A stretch of 64,000 bases of DNA from Gammaproteobacteria bacterium. GTDB lineage: Bacteria; Pseudomonadota; Gammaproteobacteria; CBDBNL01; JAAOII01. Numbering within the stretch: the first letter of the stretch is position 1; every line of letters begins with the position of its first letter. Below, piece by piece: positions 1 to 10,040 of this stretch. Where the stretch lies: contig OZ242372.1 of NCBI GenBank assembly GCA_965209035.1, positions 192,001 through 256,000 on the forward strand, read 5' to 3'. A program made the position numbers and the translations under genes. The notes beneath the pieces are model-generated. The model was given only the letters and a program-made list of their open reading frames with translations, was not told the DNA's origin and did not search any database.

Positions 1-594
1 AACATACTGCGGCAGGCGATTATCTACCTTGCTGTAACTGAGTGTTGTGCCGCTAAAGTCTATGGGCAGCACCAGATCTACGGGCGAAAAGAGATCAAAC
101 TGACCGAACACCACCCGTTTGCGGCCCAGAGAAAACAGGGCATAATTCGCATCCAAGTCCACATAGCCTTCCAGTAGTTCCACATTGTCCGCTGTCACTG
201 TGCGACTAAATGTGTTTCTTTCACGAGTATTGAGATTCTCGGATTCCAAACTAAACTTGACCGCGGAACGATAGGCGCGGCCTTCCATGGCAACCTTACC
301 CCAACTCCAATCCTCGTCATAACGCAGCCTGGCTTGGGTACTCGCGCGTGTGTTATCCTCATTAAGGACACCGCTATAGGTCGCAAACAAAAGACCGCTA
401 AAATGACGCTGCCAATAATCCGCTGTGCCGGGGCTGCCGGGACCGTCTGTATCCGTTGAAAGATCCGTGTCGTCCTCTTCTTCTATGATGACCGGAGGAT
501 TCTCAATAACGGTTGCATTCTCAGCGGCAAGAGCTAAAACAGAGAACAGGCACAGTCCGCATAGTCCACAAAAGATGAGGCATTTTAGTTTCAC
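1..594 (-). CDS. Outer-membrane beta-barrel protein, second copy (5' part only, runs off left edge)
   Basis: 1..629 is identical to 11091..11719 by line-by-line reading. The GTG start at 594 gives the signal peptide MKLKCLIFCGLCGLCLFSVLALA. Confidence 0.85.
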   Translation of the reverse strand, partial: MKLKCLIFCGLCGLCLFSVLALAAENATVIENPPVIIEEEDDTDLSTDTDGPGSPGTADYWQRHFSGLLFATYSGVLNEDNTRASTQARLRYDEDWSWGKVAMEGRAYRSAVKFSLESENLNTRERNTFSRTVTADNVELLEGYVDLDANYALFSLGRKRVVFGQFDLFSPVDLVLPIDFSGTTLSYSKVDNRLPQYV

Positions 595-629
595 GAACCG
601 CCCGGATCGAGATTCGGCAGACCTATGAG
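1..629. repeat. Direct repeat, copy 1 (>=629 bp, identical to 11091..11719)
   Basis: Offset 11090. Identity ends after ...acctatgag. The shadow ORFs 195..386 = 11285..11476 and 425..628 = 11515..11718 translate identically. Confidence 0.95.
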
Positions 630-727
630 GGTCGGCGTAAAAAATTTTTCATTAACAGACAAAAAGATCATCGGACGGATAAAGCATGACACGGGTCTCT
701 TATTAGGTATTGGACGGCGGCGATGTC

Positions 728-891
728 CTAAAAACGATATGCAAAAGAAAGACGCAGATTGGCGATGGATATGGAAGCCCGTTCCACGCGTCTGGTCGGA
801 TCTTTTTGTTGCTCTTCCTCTTCCAAATCGGTGAAAACAAGGTAATCATTGAAATATTCAAGGACATCCAAAGAAACTGCCGTGGTTAACC
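728..891 (-). pseudogene. 3' remnant of a third, diverged beta-barrel paralog
   Basis: LTTAVSLDVLEYFND...VERASISIANLRLSFAYRF* aligns with the C-terminus of 10041..11684 (LTASVSLDALEYIND...VERTTFFLSNLRFVIAYRF*). About 19 bp after the stop are also shared. Homology breaks at gttaacc (~891). Confidence 0.8.
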
Positions 892-1134
892 TGCATAGTC
901 TCATAAAGGTTCTGGACTCTGAGTTTGGCATTGTGCGTCATCAGATCAAGCAGCCGGAGGTTCTGTCGGACGGGTCGAAAATAGATCCGGCAACAGGTCT
1001 CCGGTATGTGGAGCTAGATGAATGAAACGGGCAAGAAAGACGGTGAGCTGTTTTGCTCTCACCGACGCAGACAGCGGCGGCTTGTTGTTGTCAAAACTTT
1101 GAAGTTGATGCTTTTGAATAAGAAAGGTGTTGCC

Positions 1135-1512
1135 ATGCAAGTACTAATTGCCGCGGAGCATTCTCCTCTCGATATGACAGCTCTTGGTCGGGAAACATTG
1201 GAGGAAAGTGGCATTAAAAAATATGTTGACGGCCGTTGGGAAGAATGGAGTCAGAAATTGCATGTACTCAACCTATCCAAAAAGCATACGAGGGACCTTT
1301 ACGAGATTTAAGAAGAAATTTTTTCTTTTGTGGAAGCAAACATTTCCGAGAAAGAAGATCTTGCGTCAATGATAGAATAAATCGGTTCCTTATCCAATCT
1401 GCGCTTTCTGGCGCGCCTGTATGCCCGCAACAAATTTTTTAAAGAAAACAATTGGATGATTAAAGAAATAGACAAATATAATCCATCAAAAAATAAACCC
1501 GCCAAGGAGTAA
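1135..1512 (+). pseudogene. Small hypothetical gene interrupted by two in-frame TAA codons
   Basis: AAGAAAGG SD precedes the ATG at 1135. The frame reads as plausible protein through TAA at 1309 and 1378 to TAA at 1510. Confidence 0.4.
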
Positions 1513-1526
1513 AGCATCCCGTTGCG

Positions 1527-1919
1527 CTACTTGAGCGGGAACTTATAATCAAAAAACAGGAACTCCGCTTCCAACTCGGCAAAAAAGGATTCCGCAGGGT
1601 GCACTTGATATTGTTTGAACAGGCGAAGACGATAGTCTTTTTCACCGTCCCGAATTTGTAAAAACAACGGCAATCCTGTATTACCGACGCGCTTGGTTAC
1701 CAGGTTCTGTAACTTCTTAACCGAAGAACTGTTTGCATATTGCGCCTCCGTGTGTAAGAAAATGCAATCGCAATTTGCTGTCCGTAAAGCCGCCAGACTG
1801 AACACAATCTCCACATCAAACCCAGTTCTCTCCGAATTGCGAAAACCGGACAGCTTTCCTTTTAGAGCAATCAGATTGCCTTCTTTGAGAATCCAATCAT
1901 CGGTCTTGGCATAGATGTC
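1527..1919 (-). pseudogene. dnaE: 3' fragment (~130 codons) of DNA polymerase III alpha subunit
   Basis: DIYAKTDDWILKEGNLIALKGKLS...VEIVFSLAALR...GLPLFLQIRDGEKDYRLRLFKQYQVHPAESFFAEL resembles the end of the DnaE OB fold plus the C-terminal domain. It is preceded in frame by TAA at 1920-1922. Confidence 0.6.
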
Positions 1920-1972
1920 TTATTCCTTTCCATTCCATCCCGTCCCGGCTGTCTTGCCTGTCCGCTCTACCT

Positions 1973-4900
1973 CTACCTGCCTTGCGCCGAAAGACCACCC
2001 GGCATGCAGTTCAAAGCCGGGTATTGGGAACTCTCGCCCAGATCCCAGACGCGGACAAAGCCGATCGGTTGGGAAGTACTTTCCGTTTCCTCGCCGGTGT
2101 TTGGATTGCACCAGAAGTTGCCCCAGAGGGCATAGATCCCTGTGAAAGAAGCACCTTGTAGTTGAACCGTGCTTTGCCCATCACCACCGGCACTGGTTAA
2201 TTGCCCGGTGGTTTCAGTATCCCAATAGGAAGCATTGACAGTGATTTGCGCATCGGCAATGCCAATCAAGCCGCCGATATCACCACCGGAACCTAAAACA
2301 AACCCGGCGGCAACATAAGAATAATAAATTTGACCGTCTTGCCCGCCTCCAATACCAACCAGCCCACCAACTTCATCATCGCCGGCAACACTTCCGCCGA
2401 GCACATAAGCATAGCGAATGTCAGACCTATATCCATCCCCAACCAGTCCGCCAACGGTAACATTGCCGGAAACATCTACGCCGGATACATAAGCATAGCG
2501 AATATCAACCTCTCGCCCCTTCCCAACCAGCCCACCAACATTATCAAACTTCCCGGAAACATTTACACCGGACACATAAGCATAGCGAATATCAACCTCT
2601 CGCCCCTTCCCAACCAGTCCGCCAACGGTAACATTGCCGGAAACATCTCCGCCGGACACAGATGCATAGCGAATATCAGCCCTTGCTGCTTCTCCAACCA
2701 GTCCGCCGACATTGCCGGCAGACGGACTCATCACACTGCCACCGGTAACCGACAGATTCTCATAACCGGCATTCCTGCCATTGCCTACCAGTGTGCCCAC
2801 ATCATTGGCACCACCGCTGACACGCGCATTCCGGAGATGCAAATTTTGAAGACTACCATTGAACGCGCCAAATAATCCCACTCCGATCGCATCATGATGC
2901 GCAGAAACAAACAGATCGGCAATCGTGTGATCCCGGCCATCAAACACACCCGTATAAGCGGTGCAAACATTATTTGATGTACAGAAGCCAATCGGCACCC
3001 AGCCACTGCCATCACGATCCGTCCAGGTAGATTGCTTGCCGCTATTTTCCCCATTAGACCCATAAGATGCCGCCAGACTAAAATTCAACGAGCGAGTCAA
3101 TTCGTAACCCAAACAGCCGGAACTCGGACAACCCGCGGAACCCACGGCGGTAATCTCGTCAGTACGGTTATCATCCGCCCCATCGCCATTCAGATCATCG
3201 CGCAGGCGCGCCAAGTCATCCAGAGTGCGGATTTCTATCAAGCCATTATTGTCATCGTCCGGATCCTCATCGGCATCCCGACAGCCATCACCGTCATGGT
3301 CCGTCGTCCGATTGGATCTCCAACCCGTTTCGCCGCGCGGACAAGCATCCAATTGAGTTCCGTCGGTAGCAAGATCATTCACACCGTCATTGTCATCGTC
3401 CGTGGTCGTCGCCGAAATACGCACCGTGACACGCGCTGTCGCGGTCACTCGCGACGCTTGGAAGTCCTCAAATACCACATCAAACTCGACACTGCCACCG
3501 TCGCCCCTATTCAATTCGGTATAAAGTTCCGGACTCATTCGCAAATCCAACGGCAATTCCACACGCAACTCGTTCGTACCCGCAACCGGAGTGAAGGTAA
3601 TCCCGGTGGGATTCAAAGTTAAATGATGCGCAATATTTGTCGTGGAACGGCCATTGTTGAGTGTCAGCCGGTGGTTTCTCAACATGCGCACGGTCGGATG
3701 CGCGTTCGGCTCAAAACTCAGATCTGCATCATGCACAAACACCATCGCCGACCGGCGCACGGTCCCGGTTGCAGCCAACGCGGATGTGCCAAAATCCTCT
3801 TGCAAACGATAGGCCGCCCCCCGGCGCACACTGCCCGGCGCACAGGGCGCGCCGCCACCGGACGGACAAACAAGCAATCGATCGTTCTCGCTCCGCACCG
3901 AAAACATCTTCGCAATCACCGGCTGCGCGGCATAAGTGAAATTCCTATCCGTAAAACCGCGCGGCTCCGTTTCCGTCAACTCCAAATTAAAAGTTGCTAC
4001 TCCAAACGAATCCGGCTGATGCCTATAACCGCCTTGCGTCACAAGCACTTCGGCCGAACTGCCGTTTTGGGACAATGCCGTCGCCCGAGACGGCATGCCG
4101 ATAAAGATCCGCGGCGACGCAGGAACGAGCACCGCACGCGTCCCCGTCAGCAGCAACTGCTGCCGCACCGGCTCTAAAAAATCGGCATCCCGCACCACAA
4201 ACTGAAAGTTAAACAAACCCGCCAAATCGGGATGATTTTCATCAATTGCGGCCCGCCGATCGCTTCCGATAAAAACATTGCTCGCCGAACGGTTCGCAAC
4301 CAACAACAAAGGACCCGGAACCGCCGGCACCCGATTCGCCACCGGATTCACTCGTATCCGATAATACTCCACAACCGGTGCGTGCGGATACATCGCATCG
4401 CCATCAACGAACTCGCGCAGCGTGACCTGAATCACCGCCTCACCGTGCAGATTGCGCGCCATCTGAAACCCATGACCCGTCGAATTATGACGCACCTGAC
4501 CGGACCCCAAACTCACCCGGTGCACCGCATCGGCGGCAACACCCAAGCGAATCAACTCACTGCCGGTGGCAAAGCCACTTTGCAAGTTAAATTTCGGAAC
4601 ATCCGCCGCCGCACTCGCATTGGCAATCACCTCCAAGTGAATCTCTGTCCGCTGCGCACCGTCCGATGCATCCGCCGCATCCGGATTCACCACCGTGAAA
4701 CTTAAAATCTCACTCAGGTTGTTCACCGCCAACGCAAACTGATTCGCATCAACATCCGTCACCGTCTCGTTTGAAAGAAAAACATCTCCCAGCGACAACG
4801 ACGATACAAACGCCGGCTCATTCAGATTCGCCCTATTCACCCGCACATTCATCTGACCTAACGCACGCCGACTCGCATCGGTTCTATTCTCCCCCTCTCC

Positions 4901-7900
4901 CTCCCCAACGAACACTTCCACAAAATAACTCAACGTCTCCGCCGGCCGATTCAAACTCAACGACAAGGTGTCCAAAGCCGGGTAGACCGCACCCGCAATC
5001 ACCGCATCGGCACCCGCACTGACATTACGCACCGGATAAAACTTCGGCCGCAGCACCAGTGCCGTAACCGGCGCAGCATCCGCACCCACCCGATAACTCG
5101 CATTGAACTCCCACTCAAAGTAATCCTCAAAATACGCGCCCGCCACCGTCAGCCGACCCGCAGAATCCAAACGAGACACACGCACCGCCGATACATTTAC
5201 AGCCGGCCCGCTCAAACGAAAACCAACAGCACGACCATCGACCGCAACCAACGCTGCCCCATCGCCATCCATCAAGCCAGTCTGTTCGTCCGACCGCCGC
5301 GCCACCGCCGTCAAATCACCGGACGGACCCCGCAGCAATCGCGCCGGGTAACAACGACCATCCACCCGAACAGCCGGCACATCCGGCACCGCTGACACTT
5401 CCCCGCCGGCGCATGCCGCCCCGGCCAACTCCTTCTCATAGGCACTCTGCTCATACAACAGAGTATAGGCCGCCGGCCGCAACACGCGACCTTCGCGATC
5501 CGCAAACGCCAACGCTTCCGCAGCCGGCGGCGCCAACACTTCTACCCGCACCTGAGTCGTTACCGAATGTTCCGCAGCCGCCGCCACCGTATCCGACGGA
5601 TCCCGCAACAGAATAGGCAAGCCCAGCACATCCCCCAGAAAATTGCGCTCAATCAAACGTCCTTCGTCCAACCGTAAATCCACACCAACCCCGCCCACAC
5701 TCGGCACGAGCGCAAACAAACCAAACAATTCTTCGCGATGCAACCGCTCGCCAAACACCGACTCCTCAAAGGTCACCGGCCGAACCACTGCCTCCACATC
5801 TGCCAAACGTACATCCGTCCCCGGAAAAAACTCGTCATAATCCGGCTGCAAGGCCGCAACATCAAACATTCCCTCAAGCAAAATACCCAACCCCGGGCTT
5901 GCTATCGCGTCCAGTCCCAATTGTTCGCTGATCCGCACCACGCCCAAATCCGGAACAACCGGCCGATACACCACATCCTCCACCCGAATCGCAAACGAAA
6001 CCGACTCGGACGCCAAACCCGTCCCGTTCTCCCATACACGCACCGTCACCGTAAACAAACGACCATCACCGGCATTCTCCAAAGCCGCCGCATCCGCCAC
6101 ATTTAACCGATAGTAAAACGCATCCTCGCCGGCCGATGTAAACACCAAATCCAACGCATCACGCAAGGAAGCCGGCTCCGTCTCTAAACTCACTCTCGGC
6201 CGCGCCACCGACAAGCGGCTCTCCGGATCATCCAAATGCACATACAGACCTTCTATCAAACCCAAGCCGCGATCTTCCGGCAACAACAATTCGGACTGCA
6301 ATAGGACGCTCGCCGCCGCATCGCGCGTCACATTCACCGCAATCGCTTCGTTCATATTCGCAACCTCAACCGCTAAGTCCAATTCCGCAGACAAACGCAC
6401 GCTGCCAGCCAACGGAAGCATCTCACTGCCGGTTGCCAACGGCAGAACCCGATAGACGCCACCGTCCGTCCAACGCTGCGTCGCCGTCAGAGTCGCATCC
6501 GCTTCATAGTCCGGCGATACCGCCAACGAAACCGCATAGGGAGTTAGCCACTCACCGCTCACCGCATCGCGCGACGGCTCACCCAAAGATGCCAATACAA
6601 ACCCGCCATCACTGTCATTGGTTGCCACAAACACACTCTCCGCCGGCGGACGATTGTCATCGCGTAACATAAAAGTTGCCAGACGCGTCCCCGCCGCCGT
6701 GTTCTCCGGCAGGCGAGCTAACACCGCAGCGGTACCGGCGCCGACACTCGGCCGCACATCTACATCGCCTCCCGGCACCGAAGCCGCACGCAACGCCGTA
6801 ATGCGCGGCGCCGCATTTCGATCCGCAACCACAACTCGCACCAACGCATAGTCACTGTGCAAATACCCGGAATCTTCCGCCGCCTCACGCGCATCATCGG
6901 TCACACGCACCAAGAGGGTGTAAACAGACTGCACACCGAAATTTACCATCACACCTTCCCGCAGAGACAAGGCACCATTCGCCGCATTCAACTCAAACGC
7001 TTCCGCATCCGCCCGGCGGAAACGCTCGCCGCCAAACACCGCATTTAATGCCGCCGCCCGCGCCGCATCCGTCCGACCGATGAAGCCGATGAACTCTCGC
7101 AACTCCGCCGCCGCCATCAAGTCATATACCAAAGTATTCCCCGCCGCCACGGAAGCCGCCGACTGGGTTGTCCATGCCGACAACAACAGAGGCGCCGGCG
7201 GCGATACCGGCCGCAAGGTCGTCTCATCCGCCGCAAGCACCGCAACACCGACGGCATCCCCCTCCGCCACCGAACCCAACAACAGACCCCGTTCAAAAGA
7301 TGCCGGCAGCTCGCCCAAATCAAAAGCATCATCCGCTGTTGTCACTTCCGCAGCCACCCGCGTCTGCACCGTCACATTCGCCGCCGCCTGCGGACTACCC
7401 TCACGATAAGCCGTCACCCGAATACCAAAATCATACGGCAAGTCCGACAGACCCGGCATGCCCGGAACATACGCCGACAGCACGCGCAAATCCAAACCGC
7501 CCAAACGCAACTCCGAACCCGATACCTCAAACTGACGGCCAATCCGCGCCGCCAAACCGGACGCCACCGACGACGACAAGGCACTTGTCACAGCCGGATG
7601 CAAGATCACTCCCCCATACCGAAAGGTAATCTCCGTCCCACGACCGCTCTCCGGATCCAAACCCGTTAAACGACCCAACACAGGACCGCCATTGGCAACA
7701 AACTGTGCAAAACTCGGCAACAGAACCTGTGTCTCCGCCAAACCATCGCCCGCAGGCAACCGTTCCGAAACATTTCCACCCGAACTGCGCATATACGCAA
7801 GATTCGTCGGGGCATAAGCCAAATCCCGCACTTCCAAATCCAATGTCTGCCGCGTCTCCAACGCAGATGTACTATTATCCCGCACACTCAATGTAATCCG

Positions 7901-9928
7901 ATAGCCCCGATAGCCGGTGTCCGTGTCCGCCGGAAGACCCTCATAATCAATCGCCGAACTCATACTCCCGTTAAGATACAAAACGCCGCTGCGCTCATTT
8001 TCCGCCAGTTTGAGATAAAACAGACCCGCCGGAGCCGACGGCACCACAGACACAATCTCCGGCGCGCGCGTCAATAAAGGCCCCCGGATATTCCCGGTGG
8101 TACTCCTATCCTCATCTTCATATTCAAAGGACGCCAGAAAAATTGTCTCGTTATGCCTAGCCGGCGGCAGCTTGCCCCCAACCGGCAACACACCCAAAAT
8201 ATCCGCCATTCCCGTATCGCCTTCATAAGTGAAGTTGACACGCGTCGCCTCATCAATCCGCAATACCGGCGGCTCGTTGCGATCTCTAATGAAAATATAC
8301 ACCCGGGTACGATAATTGCATTGTCCGAACTCAGGTGCCGTCCCTAAAATACTTCCCTCACATGCCTGCGGAACAGGCGGATTCGTCCGGGCAACTTGAC
8401 CAAAGAAAAGACTCATGCGATCATATCGCTCCGGCACATCGCCCAAAATACCGGTTGTCACATCCGTATAGTCATCCGACAAGCCGGTTAGAGACACCTG
8501 TACCTTACATACATAAAGATCATTTACCTCAAAGTCCGCATCCGCCTCGGAGCCCAACAAAATCCGATAGCCCTGATTATCCAAATAAAAGCGTCCGGAA
8601 CAGTAAGCACTCTCACCCGACCTGTCGAATCCGGACTGCAACCGAAAGTAAAGAGTTGGCGGCCTGTCCAAACCCGTCTGTGCCCGCACCTCTTTCGAAA
8701 GATCCGGGTATATGCCCAGAGTATCAAAAAGATCGCCTACTCGAGAAACTACAGAACGCGGTGACGCATTTTCATCCAACGCACCCTGGAGTTCATAATA
8801 ATGACGCCGGCGTTCCACTAACCTTTCCTCCGTTTGCCCCACCTCACGCTGATAGAAAAATGGAAATGCAAACCTTATCGCCTCCAAGTCCGCACCGAAC
8901 CCACTCTTTGCCGAAGGATCCAAATTGAAAATATCCTCTTGCGCCGAAATAACATCCGGATGGGCTGCCACAAAATGCCGTAAGGACCCCTCCCGAGTAT
9001 GAATGTCATCCAGAAGTTCCTGAGAGATCCCATTAGCCGCCGGATAGGTCAGCGACAGATTGCGATGGTTTTCTCCGTTTTTTGTCAACAGCAACAGGAC
9101 CGAGATATTTAATGCTTGATTCAGCCGAGAAGTTATATTCTCGCCCATGCCCTCGCTGTCCCAAAGATCCGGATAAGAAATTATCTCTGTAGGATCAACA
9201 ACTGATCGGGCAGTATTTATAAACAGTGTAGAAAACCGCCTGAATTTATTTGATTGCAAAAAGAACGGAGATATTCGGTGAAATCCTAGTTCCACTCTCC
9301 CTTCAAAAGAGCGGTTATTCGCATCAATAAGGAATGTCACCCGTTCTGTCCTGGCCCTTGTAAACCCATTAAATATGACGAAATCCGCCGCTTCCAATGC
9401 ACGCGCTGTCGCGGAAATACGCACCGGTACAGATACGGAATCCCAATGTTGCCGCTCCCCGTCCGTGTTCAAATACGAAATATCCGCCGCCACATCAAAC
9501 TCGCGCACACCGAGTGCATGCACCACATAACCCAAACTGAAATCGCGCGCCCATTCGCTCTTAAACAATAACCTGCCGGAAGATGCATTCACTTCAAAAA
9601 AGGTCGTCACCAATTCGTTATCTCCCGGCAGCAAGCGATAGGTTACTGTCACATTCCCGGCATCTTGCGGCAGGCGGGCACGCATCTCTTCGCTTTCCAG
9701 CCGGACCATGCCCATGGTTCTGTTTCGTGACGATGCCGCCGTTGTTGTCGTATTGGCCAAAGCAAAATGATAAGCAGCGTGTGAAAACAAATTGCGTGCC
9801 GGGCCGGCACCGCCGGAAGAGTAAGAAGGCACGCATGCCGAAAACGAGAATAACGATGCAAAAAAAGCAAACAAAATTGCCAAGCATCGCACAAAGCCGG
9901 CACTGCGCCCGGATGATGTATGCCTCAT
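1973..9928 (-). CDS. Giant surface lipoprotein B (~2651 aa): cadherin-like repeats, TSP3-like Asp repeat, C-terminal GLUG module
   Basis: Likely ATG at 9928 (GGTGAG SD) with lipobox-like FSAC. Cadherin motifs include DFE/DYE, IRDRNEPP, VADRNAAP and LPENTAAGT. It also has DDDNDG..DACP..DGDGC repeats and VGGLVG GLUG repeats. The ORF track extends it to TTG at 10012. Confidence 0.85.
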   Translation of the reverse strand: MRHTSSGRSAGFVRCLAILFAFFASLFSFSACVPSYSSGGAGPARNLFSHAAYHFALANTTTTAASSRNRTMGMVRLESEEMRARLPQDAGNVTVTYRLLPGDNELVTTFFEVNASSGRLLFKSEWARDFSLGYVVHALGVREFDVAADISYLNTDGERQHWDSVSVPVRISATARALEAADFVIFNGFTRARTERVTFLIDANNRSFEGRVELGFHRISPFFLQSNKFRRFSTLFINTARSVVDPTEIISYPDLWDSEGMGENITSRLNQALNISVLLLLTKNGENHRNLSLTYPAANGISQELLDDIHTREGSLRHFVAAHPDVISAQEDIFNLDPSAKSGFGADLEAIRFAFPFFYQREVGQTEERLVERRRHYYELQGALDENASPRSVVSRVGDLFDTLGIYPDLSKEVRAQTGLDRPPTLYFRLQSGFDRSGESAYCSGRFYLDNQGYRILLGSEADADFEVNDLYVCKVQVSLTGLSDDYTDVTTGILGDVPERYDRMSLFFGQVARTNPPVPQACEGSILGTAPEFGQCNYRTRVYIFIRDRNEPPVLRIDEATRVNFTYEGDTGMADILGVLPVGGKLPPARHNETIFLASFEYEDEDRSTTGNIRGPLLTRAPEIVSVVPSAPAGLFYLKLAENERSGVLYLNGSMSSAIDYEGLPADTDTGYRGYRITLSVRDNSTSALETRQTLDLEVRDLAYAPTNLAYMRSSGGNVSERLPAGDGLAETQVLLPSFAQFVANGGPVLGRLTGLDPESGRGTEITFRYGGVILHPAVTSALSSSVASGLAARIGRQFEVSGSELRLGGLDLRVLSAYVPGMPGLSDLPYDFGIRVTAYREGSPQAAANVTVQTRVAAEVTTADDAFDLGELPASFERGLLLGSVAEGDAVGVAVLAADETTLRPVSPPAPLLLSAWTTQSAASVAAGNTLVYDLMAAAELREFIGFIGRTDAARAAALNAVFGGERFRRADAEAFELNAANGALSLREGVMVNFGVQSVYTLLVRVTDDAREAAEDSGYLHSDYALVRVVVADRNAAPRITALRAASVPGGDVDVRPSVGAGTAAVLARLPENTAAGTRLATFMLRDDNRPPAESVFVATNDSDGGFVLASLGEPSRDAVSGEWLTPYAVSLAVSPDYEADATLTATQRWTDGGVYRVLPLATGSEMLPLAGSVRLSAELDLAVEVANMNEAIAVNVTRDAAASVLLQSELLLPEDRGLGLIEGLYVHLDDPESRLSVARPRVSLETEPASLRDALDLVFTSAGEDAFYYRLNVADAAALENAGDGRLFTVTVRVWENGTGLASESVSFAIRVEDVVYRPVVPDLGVVRISEQLGLDAIASPGLGILLEGMFDVAALQPDYDEFFPGTDVRLADVEAVVRPVTFEESVFGERLHREELFGLFALVPSVGGVGVDLRLDEGRLIERNFLGDVLGLPILLRDPSDTVAAAAEHSVTTQVRVEVLAPPAAEALAFADREGRVLRPAAYTLLYEQSAYEKELAGAACAGGEVSAVPDVPAVRVDGRCYPARLLRGPSGDLTAVARRSDEQTGLMDGDGAALVAVDGRAVGFRLSGPAVNVSAVRVSRLDSAGRLTVAGAYFEDYFEWEFNASYRVGADAAPVTALVLRPKFYPVRNVSAGADAVIAGAVYPALDTLSLSLNRPAETLSYFVEVFVGEGEGENRTDASRRALGQMNVRVNRANLNEPAFVSSLSLGDVFLSNETVTDVDANQFALAVNNLSEILSFTVVNPDAADASDGAQRTEIHLEVIANASAAADVPKFNLQSGFATGSELIRLGVAADAVHRVSLGSGQVRHNSTGHGFQMARNLHGEAVIQVTLREFVDGDAMYPHAPVVEYYRIRVNPVANRVPAVPGPLLLVANRSASNVFIGSDRRAAIDENHPDLAGLFNFQFVVRDADFLEPVRQQLLLTGTRAVLVPASPRIFIGMPSRATALSQNGSSAEVLVTQGGYRHQPDSFGVATFNLELTETEPRGFTDRNFTYAAQPVIAKMFSVRSENDRLLVCPSGGGAPCAPGSVRRGAAYRLQEDFGTSALAATGTVRRSAMVFVHDADLSFEPNAHPTVRMLRNHRLTLNNGRSTTNIAHHLTLNPTGITFTPVAGTNELRVELPLDLRMSPELYTELNRGDGGSVEFDVVFEDFQASRVTATARVTVRISATTTDDDNDGVNDLATDGTQLDACPRGETGWRSNRTTDHDGDGCRDADEDPDDDNNGLIEIRTLDDLARLRDDLNGDGADDNRTDEITAVGSAGCPSSGCLGYELTRSLNFSLAASYGSNGENSGKQSTWTDRDGSGWVPIGFCTSNNVCTAYTGVFDGRDHTIADLFVSAHHDAIGVGLFGAFNGSLQNLHLRNARVSGGANDVGTLVGNGRNAGYENLSVTGGSVMSPSAGNVGGLVGEAARADIRYASVSGGDVSGNVTVGGLVGKGREVDIRYAYVSGVNVSGKFDNVGGLVGKGREVDIRYAYVSGVDVSGNVTVGGLVGDGYRSDIRYAYVLGGSVAGDDEVGGLVGIGGGQDGQIYYSYVAAGFVLGSGGDIGGLIGIADAQITVNASYWDTETTGQLTSAGGDGQSTVQLQGASFTGIYALWGNFWCNPNTGEETESTSQPIGFVRVWDLGESSQYPALNCMPGGLSAQGR

Positions 9929-10040
9929 GATGCTCACCATCCGGTCAATTATCGTCAGCCACACTTGACCCGTCTTTCGCCCATTCAAAAATATCAAAAA
10001 TATATCTTGCAAGATTCAATATTGGGGCGGCGGCGATGTC

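Noticed and set aside
728-891. DGR template/variable repeat pair with 10041..10200
   Set aside because: The differences involve all four bases and a wholly different loop, not adenine-specific changes, and there is no reverse transcriptase in the window.
1135-1512. TAA recoding or an alternative genetic code
   Set aside because: Many conserved genes here end in TAA at the expected position (lon, purB, lpxA), so these are more simply nonsense mutations.
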